A stretch of DNA of 64,000 bases, taken from NCBI GenBank assembly GCA_977018835.1, contig OZ361260.1, positions 2,418,001 to 2,482,000 on the forward strand, read 5' to 3'. Each line of letters begins with the position of its first letter. Positions within the stretch are counted from its first letter, which is position 1. The position numbers and the translations under genes are program-made. The DNA comes from Minutocellus sp. GHC0000111 (lineage: Eukaryota). The notes below the pieces were generated by a model that worked only from the letters and a program-made list of their open reading frames with translations, made no database searches and was not told the origin of the DNA. Of the stretch, positions 24,836 to 38,352 are shown piece by piece.

Positions 24836-27094
24836 ATGACACGCCGTTTTCTTCCACTGCCACTCCCGCCATGACTGATCAGTGCTTTGGTTTGCTTGTT
24901 ATTGGCCGCTCACATGGACGGGGCCTTGGCCGCTAGATTTGTCTAAAACAATCTTCATCGCGATGTGTACCTCGATCTGATTGGCCAACCGTCGCCCTTT
25001 ACGACCGATACCGCCCGTGCCACCTTGAAGGCGGCACTGCAGTCGTATGGACCGACCTTTGTGACCAAATTTTCCGACTGCATCAATGAATTCACGGATG
25101 GAGACACGGAGGTGGACTCCATGTCCGAACCGGACTGGAAGGTTTACACCGCTGCAAGGCAATATCCCAACACAAACGGCGACGGATATCTGCAGCAGGT
25201 CCAGTGGAAGTCGGCCAAGGTGGTCTTTGTGGGTGCCGAGGATGTGACCGAAGACGATATCGCCCGCTGCACCCGTAGGGCCTTCAACATTGGAAAGAGC
25301 GCGTTCGTCCCCCTCCTCCTTGCGGAAGATGCCGAAGCCAGCAATGGTGGCGCGTTTCAGGGTGTTAAAAGGGCCAAAATCGTGGCCTTGACCGCCTTTT
25401 CCCCTCCCCAGACAGCCACAACAACTGCCGAAGATATCGAGGCTGAGACTGCCAACGATGTTCTGGCCGAGTCAGAGCTCATCGAGAATATCGAAGAGAA
25501 CACTAGCACTGCCGACGTGCCGAGCGAGGAGCCTGCTGAGGAAATGGAAACCGCCGACTCTGATCCCGAGCTCGAGGAGTCTGACCCTGAGGACGTACCC
25601 AAACCTCCCACCGAGGTCGATGCCAACGATCTACCCCGTTGTCCCGTCAAGGTCACGGTCGATTGCCGCACTGCCGACGGATCCGAGGATTGCAACGACC
25701 TTCCCATGCCAGAGGATCCAGACTGCAAGATCAAGGTCAAGTACACCTACACGTTTACGGTCCAGGAAGAGATCTGACTGAAGTCTGCCAGGAGATATCG
25801 AAAAGGCTCCTACCAGGGGTGCGATAACTTTGAGCTGTGTGAGATTCGCGAATATCTAGAGAACTTCCAGAACAAGTATGTGCGGAAGGGCACCGAATTC
25901 GATGCCTGGGAGGAGGTAAGCTTGTTGAGTCGATGATCGAAACAACTGTTTGATTTCATTTTGAGAAACTTTTATCAATATTCCATCGCTCTCCTGTTGG
26001 CTGAACTGAGCTCACCTGTCTGCGTGTACACCGCTTTGTTCCCTCAGTTGTGCGAGGACACGCGCCACGACACTCTTTTCGAAATGAGAGGCCAGATGAA
26101 AACCTATTATGGCTCAATGGAATGGGTCGACTGCGTGATTTCTGACGACTATGAAGATAAGGTCTGGAGTAAGAAACAGACCAGGGGCTATCTCGATCTC
26201 ATCAAGACAAACAAGGTTGAATCGATTTCAACCGAAGCGAAAACAGCGTCCGCTACTGAGGACCCGACCGGTGCCCCCACGGCGAGCCCAACTTCGAGCT
26301 CCCCCACCTCTTCGCCAACGTCAAGTCCGGTCGCATCAACTGGTAGCCCTGTCGGTGCTGAAACTCTCGTCGAGCCAAAAGAATTCTTGTGCAACCAAAT
26401 TTCTCTCACCATTGGTTGCACTACTACAGATGGTGTGGACTGCAATGAGGTTGCTCCTCCATCTGGAACTGAATCTGACCCCTGTACAATCGATGTCAAA
26501 TACGCCTACTCCGTTGAAAATATCGGGAATACTGGCGATGCTCAATTTTCCAAGCTTGTGAGGAGCCGCTCCGGAGTCAATTCTGAGGACATTGATTTCC
26601 TTCCCTATTTTGACGATGGCCTGGTCCTTGGCCAAGCCTACACCGCTAGGGCGGCGTCCATGACAGAAAATACCTCGGTTAATTTTTGTCAGCCACAGAC
26701 GCTGGTGACGGTCCTCGTCGCAGAAGCAGAGACCACGAGAGGTGGAGCTTGCAATACTGTTGAGGAACATATGCTCATAACGCCCGTGGCAGTCCCTCTT
26801 GATCTATCTGGAGGTGTTGATGATGTCGATTTAAATGCCAACACCGAGGAAATTACTGAGACGGAACTCTCTCAAGATGAATTCGATAGTGTTCTTGATT
26901 CAACGCAAGTGTCCAAGGAGGGGAGGGAGGATGTTGTCACAGTTGAAATTGTTGATGATATTGGTGCAGGTGCTAGTAGCACGGTCATCGCTCAGTCCCA
27001 ATTCGTGACAGCCTCTTCGGCAGCGTTTGCTCCAAGCCCGCTCTCCACTGTATGTTTCGGGGCCGCATTGGCCATTCTTGGCGTGTATTATTAG
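24836..27094 (+). pseudogene. Secreted / putatively GPI-anchored Cys-domain, acidic, S/T/P-rich surface protein with three in-frame stops
   Basis: ATG 24836 plus a hydrophobic signal. Stops at 24872 (TGA), 24944 (TAA) and 25775 (TGA), all in one frame. Phase-0 intron 25916-26047. Two C-x-V/I-x-C-x-T-x-DG-x-C...V-K-Y-x-Y domains and a hydrophobic C-terminal tail. Confidence 0.7.
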
Positions 27095-27304
27095 AGGGTA
27101 GCGATGCCGTTATTTCAGGTTCGGCAGCTGCCAAAAAAACACATTTGTACAAATGGTACTTACGAAAAAGTGATTGCTAAAAGACAAGGCAATGGGATGT
27201 CTAATCGGATGCACTCGCTCATAAGAAATGATAATCATTAGCTAAAATTAGGAACTTTAAATACAGTTCTGCATTCTTCGGCTGTCTGAGGCCCTCCGAG
27301 GTCA

Positions 27305-30300
27305 TCATGTATCGACTGTTCCTTCAGCCATTAGGGAAGCCCCGAAGGCTCGTAAGTCGGCTAGTTGAGATGTTAGGTCATCCGCTGCGTTGTGGGGCTG
27401 GCTATTGCCCTCATTTTTATCATCAACAGAGGAATTATAACCGGTTGGGGTGGTGTGTTCATCAGATGCGTTCTTTGGTGCTTCGTCTTCGTCAAACATC
27501 TTCAATCTTCCCGCGGTTGCACAACGGTGCGCGAAGGATGCCACAAGTAGCTGAGAGCTTGCAGTGCTTCCGGCCATGAGTCCCGACGCTGTCGCTACCC
27601 CGCCTTGTTGCGATGCCCTTTGTGCATCGGCCATGTTGCTTCCCAAGCCAGAAGACCCAAAGGATGGTGAAGGTCCAGTTTCGACGGCGAATGGCATTTC
27701 ATCTGCTTCGTCCGCACCGGCATTGATCGGATCTCGCGGAGCCAACGCAGATGAAGCAACTCCTATGCGAGATGAATATCCATGTGCAGAACCCATCTTG
27801 CTGGAAAATCCTGGGCCGTCATCTCCAAAACCACCGACGGAAGGCTTCATTAGGCCACTTCCATACGGCGTATTGTAGGGACTAGCGCCTGTGCCCGATA
27901 GAGATGAGAGGAGCGAAAAGCCCACGTTTCCACTTCCGCTGATCTGTTGATTGTGCACCGACCCTTGTTGCTGCGAGGATGCAAATGCCGCGGCAGACCC
28001 CATTCCAGCGGCCATGGAAGACCCTGACACCTTGAAGGGACTGGTTTTTAAAACATCAAGCGAGCTCAAGGGTGGCAAAAGATTACTGTCACCACCATTT
28101 TCGCTAGGATCGGGAATATGGAGCTGTGCAGGCGGCACTGCTGCTACAAGGCCAGAAGCCCGGATGAGCCCAGGGCTGGTATCTTGGCTTGAAGGTATAC
28201 CTCTTGCCGAATCGGGCGTAGGCGGGGCTTGGAGGCTCATTGGATTGACGAAGGGTGGACTTTTGTCTGGCATGCCCCCTTCAGCTGGAGAAGGCCGGGT
28301 AAATCGCCCGCTTCCTCCCTGCTGGTGCTGGGAACGCAACAAACCAGCTCGGCGAAGACTCGCTGCACTGCCCGGAGTGCCCGGTGAGTCGGGTGCGCCC
28401 GATCTTCCGGCACGTGCTGCTGCTGCCATTGCAAGGCCTTGGCCGAAGGGCGGCGTCGAAGAAAGGTAATCGGTTGGCGTTCCCGCTCTCAGTACCATCG
28501 GTGAGGGGCTCGATGTCCGGCTCCTTGCGATAGCAGAGCTATTACTGCCATCGGGAGGACTGGACCGCAAAGGCTGCTGGCTGGTCTGTTGAAGTTCAGG
28601 ATTATTGTAGCCGTATCCATACATTGCCGGTGGTGGATGATGCAATGCCCGGCGTCGAACCGAACTCTCTTCTTCAAATTCTTGCGGCGGTAAATTCGTT
28701 GTTTCCAATCCTGCTTCACCACCTTGCTCTGTTGTAGCAACTTGGTTGGAATCGTCACCTTTCGCCTCCTCATTCATCAAGGCCAGAGATAAGCCACTCA
28801 TAACGCGCTTGTTTTCACCACCTTCCAGGCCAGCGGCACGAGGAGTAGAGCCGTCACTGACAGGCGTGAGTGTTCCCGACCCAATCCTAACGCCTTGATT
28901 TACGGGCGGCGCGATACCTCGTTCCGGTGGGAGACTATTGGTCCTATTGAGCATCATTCGAGGAGGAAGTTCTCGACCCATTGTATGAGGACGATGGAGT
29001 GGGCTCTTTGCATAATTTTGTATTATCGGTGATGCTCCGAAAGGGACCGAAGAGGCTGCAGCGGCTGCAGCGGCTGTTTGCATCGCATTGGATGGCAACG
29101 AATGGTGATATTGGACCTCACCAGCGACTGCCTCTGTACCAGTATCAGGTCCGGTATGGTGTTGATTCTGCTGCTGTAGTATGGCAATGGCCCCTCTCTG
29201 TGGATGCTGGTGTGAGACCGGGAGCTGCTGCTGCCCTTGCCGCAGCTGGGTCTCATCCTCTTCATTCCTTCCCAATAAACCCAGCGTCATTAGACGTCCA
29301 AGTCGCATTGTCATCACCCGATTCACTTGCAGACTGGAATCATAAAACCCCGTGAGATGCAATGTACCGAAGGGGGTTGGTATGCTTCCAACTTCATGGC
29401 GGGCAAACGGACTGTTGGAAGAACCAAACAATTCTGCCTCCGAGCGTAGCCCGTCCGTGCTAGACGGGTAGAGGGCAAATCCAATCTGTCCCGCAACGGG
29501 ATGGTGACGCAAATCTTCCGGCACGGCCAAGGGATGTTGGTGCTGATTCTGTTGGTGCTGCCGCGAACGAGGATAGTACCCACCGACTCCGCCCAGATTG
29601 CCCAACCCACGCTTCGTAGCATCGGCCCCTAGAACCAAGCTTTGGTGCAGATTATAAGTGGGCATCATCCGAGTGAGGCAGTGCAAATTCCGCAAGAGGA
29701 CGACCACCCGACGGCACACCCGGCGCAATTGGACCAAAATATCGTCGGAATGCTGCGGCAAATGCTGCTGTTGTTGGTTGTGATTCTGCTGCTGCTGATA
29801 CGGTTGCTGACCCTGACCATTCTGTCCACCGTTCGCACTGTTGAGCATGGACGACGACGCCGACGCAGATGGGTCGGACGATGGCACGTAATCGATGCAC
29901 CACCGTTCCAGCAGGTCTCGTTTTTGAACTGTTTGCGTCTGTGGTGCATTGCTGCCATCCTCATTATTCCCATTGTCATTCGGATCGGATACCACCACCT
30001 CTTCATATTGAAAATAAATATCTAGCCGCAGCGGAACGTGCAGAGAATGCCGAAATCGTTGCAGATTGGTTCTTCGCGAATATATATATGCACGCATATC
30101 AATGAAAACATGAGTGCCAAAAATTCCGGCAAGCAAGTTGAGTTGAAGAATCGAAGAGTATTATGTCAGAAAATTCACAATGACGAGAAGGAAAGCAGAA
30201 TTATCACGTGCCGATACAATGATATCTTGGTATCTTGCGACTCTAAAGCCGGCACGCATTTCCTCAAATTAGCAACACGTAGTAGTAATTCGACAGTGAG

Positions 30301-30659
30301 ACGCATGAGACGCGTACGCACCTGACCGCGGCAACGTCCTCGACTTCCAGATTGAACCGACTTCCCGAGCTTCCCCCGACGCCACCACCTCCAGCCCCAG
30401 CCTGCCGGTGAAATCCCCTCTGCGGGGAGTAGATCCCGTGAACCGGCCGGTCGGACCCGACGATCACGGCACCTGATGCGCCGAGCATGGAATTCTGATT
30501 GTTTGAAGATGACGTTCCGCTTCCGGCAAGGGCCGCCGAGGGGACGTCGCACCGTCCCCGGACGACGATCTCGCACGCCTTGGCGATCGCCTCGTAGACC
30601 ACCTGGTCGCATTTGGACCGAGGGCCGCTGATGGGCGGCTGTTGTTGAGGTTGCTGCAT
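27305..30659 (-). CDS. ATG13: Autophagy protein ATG13-like (N-terminal HORMA domain + long disordered tail), 2 exons
   Basis: KCDQVV..KACEIVVRGR, RFNLEV, PLRLDIY, LLERWCIDY, VLLRNLHCLTRMMP. Intron 30321-30072. Confidence 0.75.
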
Positions 30660-30954
30660 TGGTGAGCCTTATTACTGGCACTTCATGTTCTCGGCGTCGC
30701 TTCGTGTTCGTTTGCTTGAAGCTTTGGAAGAATGCAGCATCAAATTAGAGTACGCGCGCCTAAACCTGAGAGAGCAATCGCAATAAAACACACTCCCAAA
30801 TATCTACGATTTGGATACTAGTATGACCGAATTGTAAATTCGAGAGTACTGAAGTGGATGAAGTAAGTAATCCACGTGGAACCTTTCGGCCAACCGCTAC
30901 CGACGCATTTCTCATGCTCAAAACGACAACCAAAGAACAACGAGATCAGCAACG

Positions 30955-32175
30955 ATGAAGAGGCCGACCCGAACGCTCCTCGCGGCGGCCCTGGCGGCCA
31001 TGCTGATGTGCAGTACGTGCGTATCTTCGACCCTATTCAGACGCTCCGTCAGTACTAATGTCTTTGGCGTCCCTCGCGGAGGCGGATGGTTCGGGAGCGG
31101 TCGTGGAAATGATAATTCGAACAAACAACCGAGAAGAAGAAGAAATAACCGAAAGAATAAATACAACAGCGACAATGGCAATGACGACAACGGAGGTGGA
31201 AACGGAGGAAAGATGTACCCGGCCCTCTCCGAGGAGGAAATCATGGGCGTGCTCAACGTACCGATCTTTGCCATAACTGACCAAAATGGAAATGGGGCCG
31301 TCCTCTCGGCGAAGCCCGACGATCACAACGTGGTGTACTTCTTTTTATCGGAGCAGATGGCCCGCCAGGCCCTCCAATCGATGCAGGCAGCCAACCAGGG
31401 GATGAACCTGCGCGTATCTGCCCTTCATCTCGGCAAGGTGTGGTTCAAGCTATTGCACAACGATCAAATGCGGGGGAACAAGGTCGAGCTGACGCAGGTC
31501 GATCCCAATGCACCCAGTGTGTTCAAGCAGGTGCAGATGCGGTTGGTGCCGGAGATGCGCGATCTGGTCGGTGCGCGGCTGCTGCAGGGACTGGATCCGA
31601 ACGACGTTCCCAAATTGCAGGATGCCATCGAGAGTGGTGATCAGGACGCGGCACGGGCATTGATCCAGACGGCGACGGAGAAGAGCGAGGAATTTCGAGA
31701 GCCGTTCAACAAGATTCCCGTATTTATGGTGTCGCAGCTGCGGATGCAGAAGAAGGATCCCAACGGAGGTGACGGATACGAAGCGGGCAGCGTCCAGAAG
31801 TTCCCCATGTTTTTGAGTCCCAAGACGATGTTGCACGTGTACCAATCCTTTATGAAGAACACTCCTGGCGCGGAGAACTTGCAGCCAACGCTTCAGCTCG
31901 GTGAGCTTCATAAAATTGTGGAGATGATGCAGCACGAATCGGAGATGGATTTCAGGAATGTGGTTTTGTTGCCGGGTGGTCAGGAAGATGATAACAATGG
32001 GAATGGCGACGACAGTGAGGACGATGATGATGACGACGGAGGCGACGGCAGCATCAAGAGAGGAGAAGAATCAGAATCGGAAGAGATCGATTTTGCGAAT
32101 ATTGAAATGACGCCGTACATCGAGATGGGAACATACATTGCCGACACAAGCGGTGGAATGGTCCCTCTGCAGTAA
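30955..32175 (+). CDS. TIC22: Tic22-like plastid import protein with signal peptide
   Basis: Two VP(I/V)F..(Y/P)xFLS repeats characteristic of Tic22. Signal peptide followed by VPRGG. Intact 406 aa ORF. Confidence 0.65.
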   Translation: MKRPTRTLLAAALAAMLMCSTCVSSTLFRRSVSTNVFGVPRGGGWFGSGRGNDNSNKQPRRRRNNRKNKYNSDNGNDDNGGGNGGKMYPALSEEEIMGVLNVPIFAITDQNGNGAVLSAKPDDHNVVYFFLSEQMARQALQSMQAANQGMNLRVSALHLGKVWFKLLHNDQMRGNKVELTQVDPNAPSVFKQVQMRLVPEMRDLVGARLLQGLDPNDVPKLQDAIESGDQDAARALIQTATEKSEEFREPFNKIPVFMVSQLRMQKKDPNGGDGYEAGSVQKFPMFLSPKTMLHVYQSFMKNTPGAENLQPTLQLGELHKIVEMMQHESEMDFRNVVLLPGGQEDDNNGNGDDSEDDDDDDGGDGSIKRGEESESEEIDFANIEMTPYIEMGTYIADTSGGMVPLQ

Positions 32176-32318
32176 GTAATGCTAAGTCTTAATTCCTACT
32201 CTAGCTACGTAGCTAGATGTAGCCGGCCATTGGCATTTTGTCTACTCTAATATCTAATTATAAAGCCTGCCTATTACATGTGCCTTCAATATCGGAACGG
32301 AGACAAAGGAACAGAATT

Positions 32319-35300
32319 CTACCTGGCCATCTCCTTCAAAGCTGCTGCAGATTCTGGTCCGGTCGCATTCACCATCGCCGTGAAAATTCCCTCTTCATTC
32401 GCAAGCAATGTCTTGGGCGGTCCAAATTCGGCTACTTTGCCCTTATCCATCACCAACACGACATCGTAATCAATGATTGTATTGAGTCTAAGAGAATCGA
32501 GAGCAAATAATACGCAAATGGTCAAAAAAATGGTGAGCGTGGTTGTAAAGTAGGAATATATCTATTAGACAATTCGGCCGCATTTGCAATCAGGACTTAC
32601 CTGTGAGCAATTGTCAGGAGCGTTGTGTCCGGGAATTGGCTTCGGAGCATTCTTTGGACAAGCTCGTCGGTAGCGCCGTCAACGCTTGATGTTGCCTCGT
32701 CGAGAACAAGAAGCCGAGGGTGAGCTAACATGGCGCGCGCCAAACATAGTAGCTGTTTCTCTCCAGCGCTGAAATTTCCACCTCCTTCGTCAACGACATC
32801 TTCCAGAATTGAATCTCTACTGATACTGACACCAGGGAAGCTAACATGCTCCAGTGCTTGCAGAATGCTCGTCATTGTGAGTGGAGAACGGATCAAGGTT
32901 GGACTTGATGGTACCTTTGAAAAGAACGGGATCTTGAGGAAGAATAAACATGCCGCCAGGCCTTGCCCTGACATCAGACAATCCAAGCTGACTCAGATCG
33001 AAGCCGTCCAATGAAATGGATCCACTTTCGATCTCAACCAAGCGGAATAATGCCGCTGTAATTGTCGATTTACCAGCACCCGTGCGACCAACGACAGCAC
33101 ATCGTTGTCCATGCTCGAGGGTAAAGCTCAGGCCAGTGAGAGCCAGAGGAAGTTCTGGACGGTACCTCATTTTCACATCGCGGAATTCCAATACACCCTT
33201 GCGTGGCCAGGTCTGATCAACCTTGTACTCGGGTGAAGTCTCCATGCTCTTCTCCTGAGGCAAAAGCTCCATCGCGTGCATTCTCTCAATACTGGTAATC
33301 GCAGCTTCTGCCTCGCTAAAGGCATTGATGAGAAATCTACAAAGGAAGGGGTACCAAAATGACAAAAAAAAAAGTCAAGTGAGCCCCCATACAAACTACG
33401 ACAATATGAATAGAAGCCAGTCTCCGCAAGTCAGTCGCCACTCTACATGACTAGGAGCGATTCTATAGTCGACGATAAGTGCACAAGCCATTTCACTCAC
33501 CCTAGTGTGACCGTCATGCTAGTCGCCCAGATGATAAGGAGCCCGGATAACCCGGGGGTGAGCCCAAGTTGTTCTTGAAAGGTAGCAATGAAGAGGCACG
33601 CAGCAAGCGTAACGAATGCTCCTAGAGTCTCGAGGCGAACGGCAAGCCATCGTCTGGAAGAGACAAAATTGAGCATTGCTCCAGCGTTATCGTCTATAAA
33701 TCCCTGGAAGATATTCAAGAAATAAATGTTTTTGTGGAATGCTCGTATGGTAGTCGAACCATCGAGTGCCTCTGACATGGATGCTTGGATAGGTGATCTG
33801 GATACTGCGTCAAGGCGTTGTAGATCAGCCGCGCTCCACCTGTAGAAGCGCAGGATGAGCACGTAAAGCAGCAAGACAAATGCGTTTATTACGGCCATGT
33901 GAGGTACAACTGCAATCATAACAGCTTGGCCTGCAACGAGCCAACTGCATGCAATTATGAAGATGGACATGAACTGGCTCAAGGTGATGTCTACCTGCTC
34001 AACGTCATAGGTAAACCTGTTGATAATCCTTCCCAGGGGGGTAGTATCAAAGAACGACATCGGCGCATCAAGTACTCGTCGGGTCATTGTAGAAAACACT
34101 CTTTCGCAGGCTCGAATGCCACCAAAAACAGCCCATTGGCTCCGGGAAACGAGGAATACAAACATAGAAACAACCAATACAGCATAAACGGAGAGATATT
34201 GGAACTGGGCGGATCTTCCTTCGGTCTGGCTTGGAAACTCCCTACCAAAGACCTCGATACTCTGGTCAGCAGCCGTTGTCCATTGAGATAACCACCAGTC
34301 GATTGCCACATAGCTCCCTCGATCACAAGCCATGAGAATCACTTGAACGACAACAAAGAGTATACCCCCAGCATACTGAAACCAGAGCAACCATGTCCCT
34401 AATGTTGATATGCCATGTTCTCGCTCTTCCTTGGTCATGATCGCACCGTCTTTACTGTTTGATTCCTTCTCTGAAGGCATGTTGCTCGCGTGATTCTCCG
34501 GCGTAACCAATTGAGTAGATTTGTCAGCGGTTGCATCATCTTCAGAATTCAATTGCAGCGATGATCTCATCGCATCGATCTTTTTCTTATGTACATCGTC
34601 CTTCGGCTCAAAAGTCTGCAGATCTCGCCAGGTGCCGTAGAAGATCGCCTCACCACCATCGAGTACCAATATGTTACTAACACGCTGAAGGACATGCACC
34701 GCGTGAGTGACAAGAACAACGCCGGTATTGCTCAAAAGGCTGCCATTCCGATCAAATAAATTGTTAAAGACTCGCTGAGAAGTTCCAGCATCCAAAGCGG
34801 ACAGAATGTCATCGAAGAGTGCAACATCGGGCTGTGCGTAGACTGCCCTTGCCAATGAGACGCGTTGTTTTTGTCCACCACTCATAGTCACACCCCTTTC
34901 TCCGATTTCAGTTTGATCACCGGCTTGCCATTGCAACAAATCTGGAAGAAGACAGCAAGCCTCGATGACTCGCTTGTAACGCTCTTCGACGTATTCCGAT
35001 CCAAAAGGAATATTGTTTCGAACGGTATCGCTGAGTATGAACGGTGTTTGACCTGCAAAGGCCACATTCTCGCTGCAACTAGCTACTACTGTCTCGTCAC
35101 TGGATTGTAACTCGCCAAGTAAGCCTTGAATGAGGGTTGACTTGCCGCTAGCTACCTCCCCTACCACTGCCAGTACTTCACCCCTTGCAAGGCGGAAGCC
35201 GATGCCGCGCAAAGTGAAGGCAGCGTTTTGACCGATTGATTCTTCCTCCTTGCCACCACGATCGTTACCATTTGCAGCAGCTTTGACTTCGTGGTTTGTC

Positions 35301-36608
35301 ACAGACCCAACAAAGAAGGTACCGTTGGTAACCTCTAGCACTTTCTCATCATCCTCCCCAGAAATGAGTTTGTTTGCCGCATCTGCCTCTTTTTCATCTC
35401 TGCTCATAAATCCGGATATTCTCTGCATGGCCTGCAATCCCAGAGCGACTTTGGATAGTAACTGCCCGGCTTGGTTGATTGGAAACTTCAACATATTGAA
35501 AAGCATCAAAATGGTGAAGGCTACAGACGCAGTCAAGATGTTGCTTTCATCGACCAGTACATAAGTTGCAAAGGTTGCAGCAGAGGCGACCACTGGAGTG
35601 AAAACGCGGATGACAAGGGTGAGGCCCCACACAGCTTGTTCGATCCTCACTAGCTTCATTTCTCGTGCTCGTGCTTCAGATACTCGTCGTTCGAACTTGT
35701 CTTCGTAATTGTTGAGCTTCGTCACTTTGATCCCCTGGAGCATGGCTGTCACGATCTCTATTCGCTCGTCTGCTACCGCCACGCGTTTTCTTCGTATCTT
35801 GACCACCTGATATGCAACCTTCTTCGATAATGGCACCAGTGCTACCAAAATGAAGGCACCAACAAGACAGGTGGGACCAATGATGATAAGAAGCAAAACC
35901 ACTACAATCAGAATGGCCAAGGGCGCAGACCATATTTGATGGAGGTCGAACATGACGTCATAGAGCTTTTGGGTATCAGTCGCAACTAGATTGGTCACAT
36001 TGCCACTGAGGACTAAGTTTGAGAGATTTTTCGTAGATTGCCGATGTGACGGCGGTTCGAATTATGATGCCTGATTGGTACGAGAGGAATTGCTGCCGGT
36101 GAGTGCAGAAAGCATTGGCTACGGATAGGAAGAATATGGCCAGCACACAGGGCAGGCTTTCATTGAGAATACTGCTTCCAGCAAATGAGCTTTCCACCGC
36201 CCGAAGCAGCTGCATAACCATTATTGGCACGGTCAGTTGTGAGAGTAGGGCGACCAACTGGCAGACACCGGCAGGGACGAATACCGGTGCGATCATTTTC
36301 CAAAGCGTGAGCAGAAAACGTCCATCGGTTTCATTGTATATTGCCCAGAATTCGTCACCCAATTTTCTCGCTTCAATGGAAGCTGGTGTGCGGTACAAAT
36401 CCTCCTGCGTTAGCTCAACCGATGCATCCTTCTTCTGCCGAGCACCCTTGTTGAATATTCGGTTCATGTAGCTGTACGTCCATCGGTCGTACATGGCGAG
36501 AATTCGAGAACGAATGGTTGGTGTTGGTAGTTCGTCTCCCGGCCACCGATGCCGAAATGAATCATCCCCATCATTCTTATCTGCAAATTTGTCGGACGCC
36601 GAGCACAT
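32319..36608 (-). pseudogene. ABCC/MRP full-size ABC transporter with two frameshifts
   Basis: NBD1 GEVASGKS / MSGGQKQR, FFDTTPLGRIINRF, NBD2 GRTGAGKS / FSAGEKQ / LDEATS. Introns 33500-33337 and 32600-32488. Frameshifts near 36006-36010 and 32867-32871. Start codon uncertain. Confidence 0.85.
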
Positions 36609-37152
36609 CTTTCGAGGCTTGATTTAGCGGGCAAAGCAACGGCGGCTCGTTGGTCCACCCAAGCAGCAAGGATGAGGGGTGTTTGTCGTTTGTTGGTGTG
36701 GCGCGTTGCACTGCGGTGGTCGTTGCTTGGTGCCGCTCTCGTCTGCTCAGCTGTCTGCTCGCCTCTGCTGACGCTGGCTGACGATACGACTCTGCCAAAG
36801 AAACCCGGATGTTGACAAAAATCGTTTTGTCGGGTCTCGGCATTCGACAGGGACGAATTCACATAGGCCTAAAGCAAAGCTACCAGATTGTGCACTCCTC
36901 TCTCTGCGCATTGCTCTCAAGCTTGTGTGCTCGCCGGAAAACCACAACTCCAAATAAGTAATGGCTGGGTGAACATGTGGAAGCGTGCGTTGTGGCCGAT
37001 GAAAGCTCAACTGGCGCGTGGCACGTGCAGCGTTGCCAAGATTCCTTGGCTGCACCGCGCACCATAAAATGTTCATTGTGTGACTTCATTTGAAGAGACA
37101 ACTACCACAATCAATGTTTAGTTGGCACCATTAAGAACACACCGCACACCCA

Positions 37153-38238
37153 TAGGCGCTGTCTCTAATCTTAGCACACGTTGCTATCTACTCCTCCCTT
37201 GCCTCTAGCTCATCGAGAATTGCCTCGAAGTCCACAGACTGCTCCCACCAGCGAATAGTCGCCGGTGTTCCTCGCTGCCTCTCCTCCTCCATTACCAAGT
37301 CGAAGATTGGTCTCGTTGCGACGCATTCTGCCACTGTTCTCTGTCGTCGAGCAACATGCTCGGCGATGGAGAACAAGCCTGCATCCTCCAGAGCCTTACC
37401 AATCGGGGGTAATACCAGGTACCGTTCTGCAGTCGCCATGGCATGCTGCCGGTGATCCGTCGTCGTGCCACCCTGTGGTGAAAACTCTCAAGCGCCTTGA
37501 GGATGCGCGGAGTCAGAACCCAAGACTCGGAACCTTACAAAAGAATCTGCTGGACGACCGCCACATGAAACATTCCGGACGTTTTGGCATCTGCCCCTTC
37601 TCGCACCAAGATGCGCGAGAGCCTCTCCCCCATTTGTTCACTGCCTGTGGGCAGCCGCTTGAGAACGTGAGCCTCTTCAAGTACCTCGGCCGATGGCTGT
37701 CGGAGGATGACTCCGACTGGCAGGCGGTGACGAGTAATCTCAAGAAAGTGCGTAAGAAATGGAGGAGGATCTCGCGCATCTTGGTGCGAGAAAGGGCAGA
37801 TGCCAAAACGTCCGGAATGTTTCATGTGGCGGTCGTCCAGCAGATTCTTTTGTAAGGTTCCGAGTCTTGGGTTCTGACTCCGCGCATCCTCAAGGCGCTT
37901 GAGAGTTTTCACCACAGGGTGGCACGACGACGGATCACCGGCAGCATGCCACGGCGACTGCAGAACGGTACCTGGTATTACCCCCCGATTGGTAAGGCTC
38001 TGGAGGATGCAGGCTTGTTCTCCATCGCCGAGCATGTTGCTCGACGACAGAGAACAGTGGCAGAATGCGTCGCAACGAGACCAATCTTCGACTTGGTAAT
38101 GGAGGAGGAGAGGCAGCGAGGAACACCGGCGACTATTCGCTGGTGGGAGCAGTCTGTGGACTTCGAGGCAATTCTCGATGAGCTAGAGGCAAGGGAGGAG
38201 TAGATAGCAACGTGTACTAAGATTAGAGACAGCGCCTA
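37153..38238. mobile_element. Inverted duplication (palindrome) of 5'-truncated non-LTR retrotransposon 3' ends
   Basis: The + arm encodes FKYLGR..KWRRISRIL..LL*GSESW..FHHRVAR..RWWEQ, resembling the C-terminus of an RTE-like RT. 37153-~37635 is the reverse complement of ~37758-38238. Confidence 0.88.
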
Positions 38239-38352
38239 AGGGCGCAGGGCGGCTCTGCTCCGGGTTGGAACACCACCACCCATCATTGAGCAACCCCCTG
38301 CGTTCTGGAGGCCAGTTAGCCAGCCAGCCAGCATACAATCCCTCTTTCGGCG

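Noticed and set aside
7062..27094. Genome-wide stop-codon reassignment as the explanation for in-frame stops
   Set aside because: All three stop types occur, they replace different residues (Cys, Arg, others), intact genes end normally with TAA, TAG or TGA, and frameshifts co-occur.
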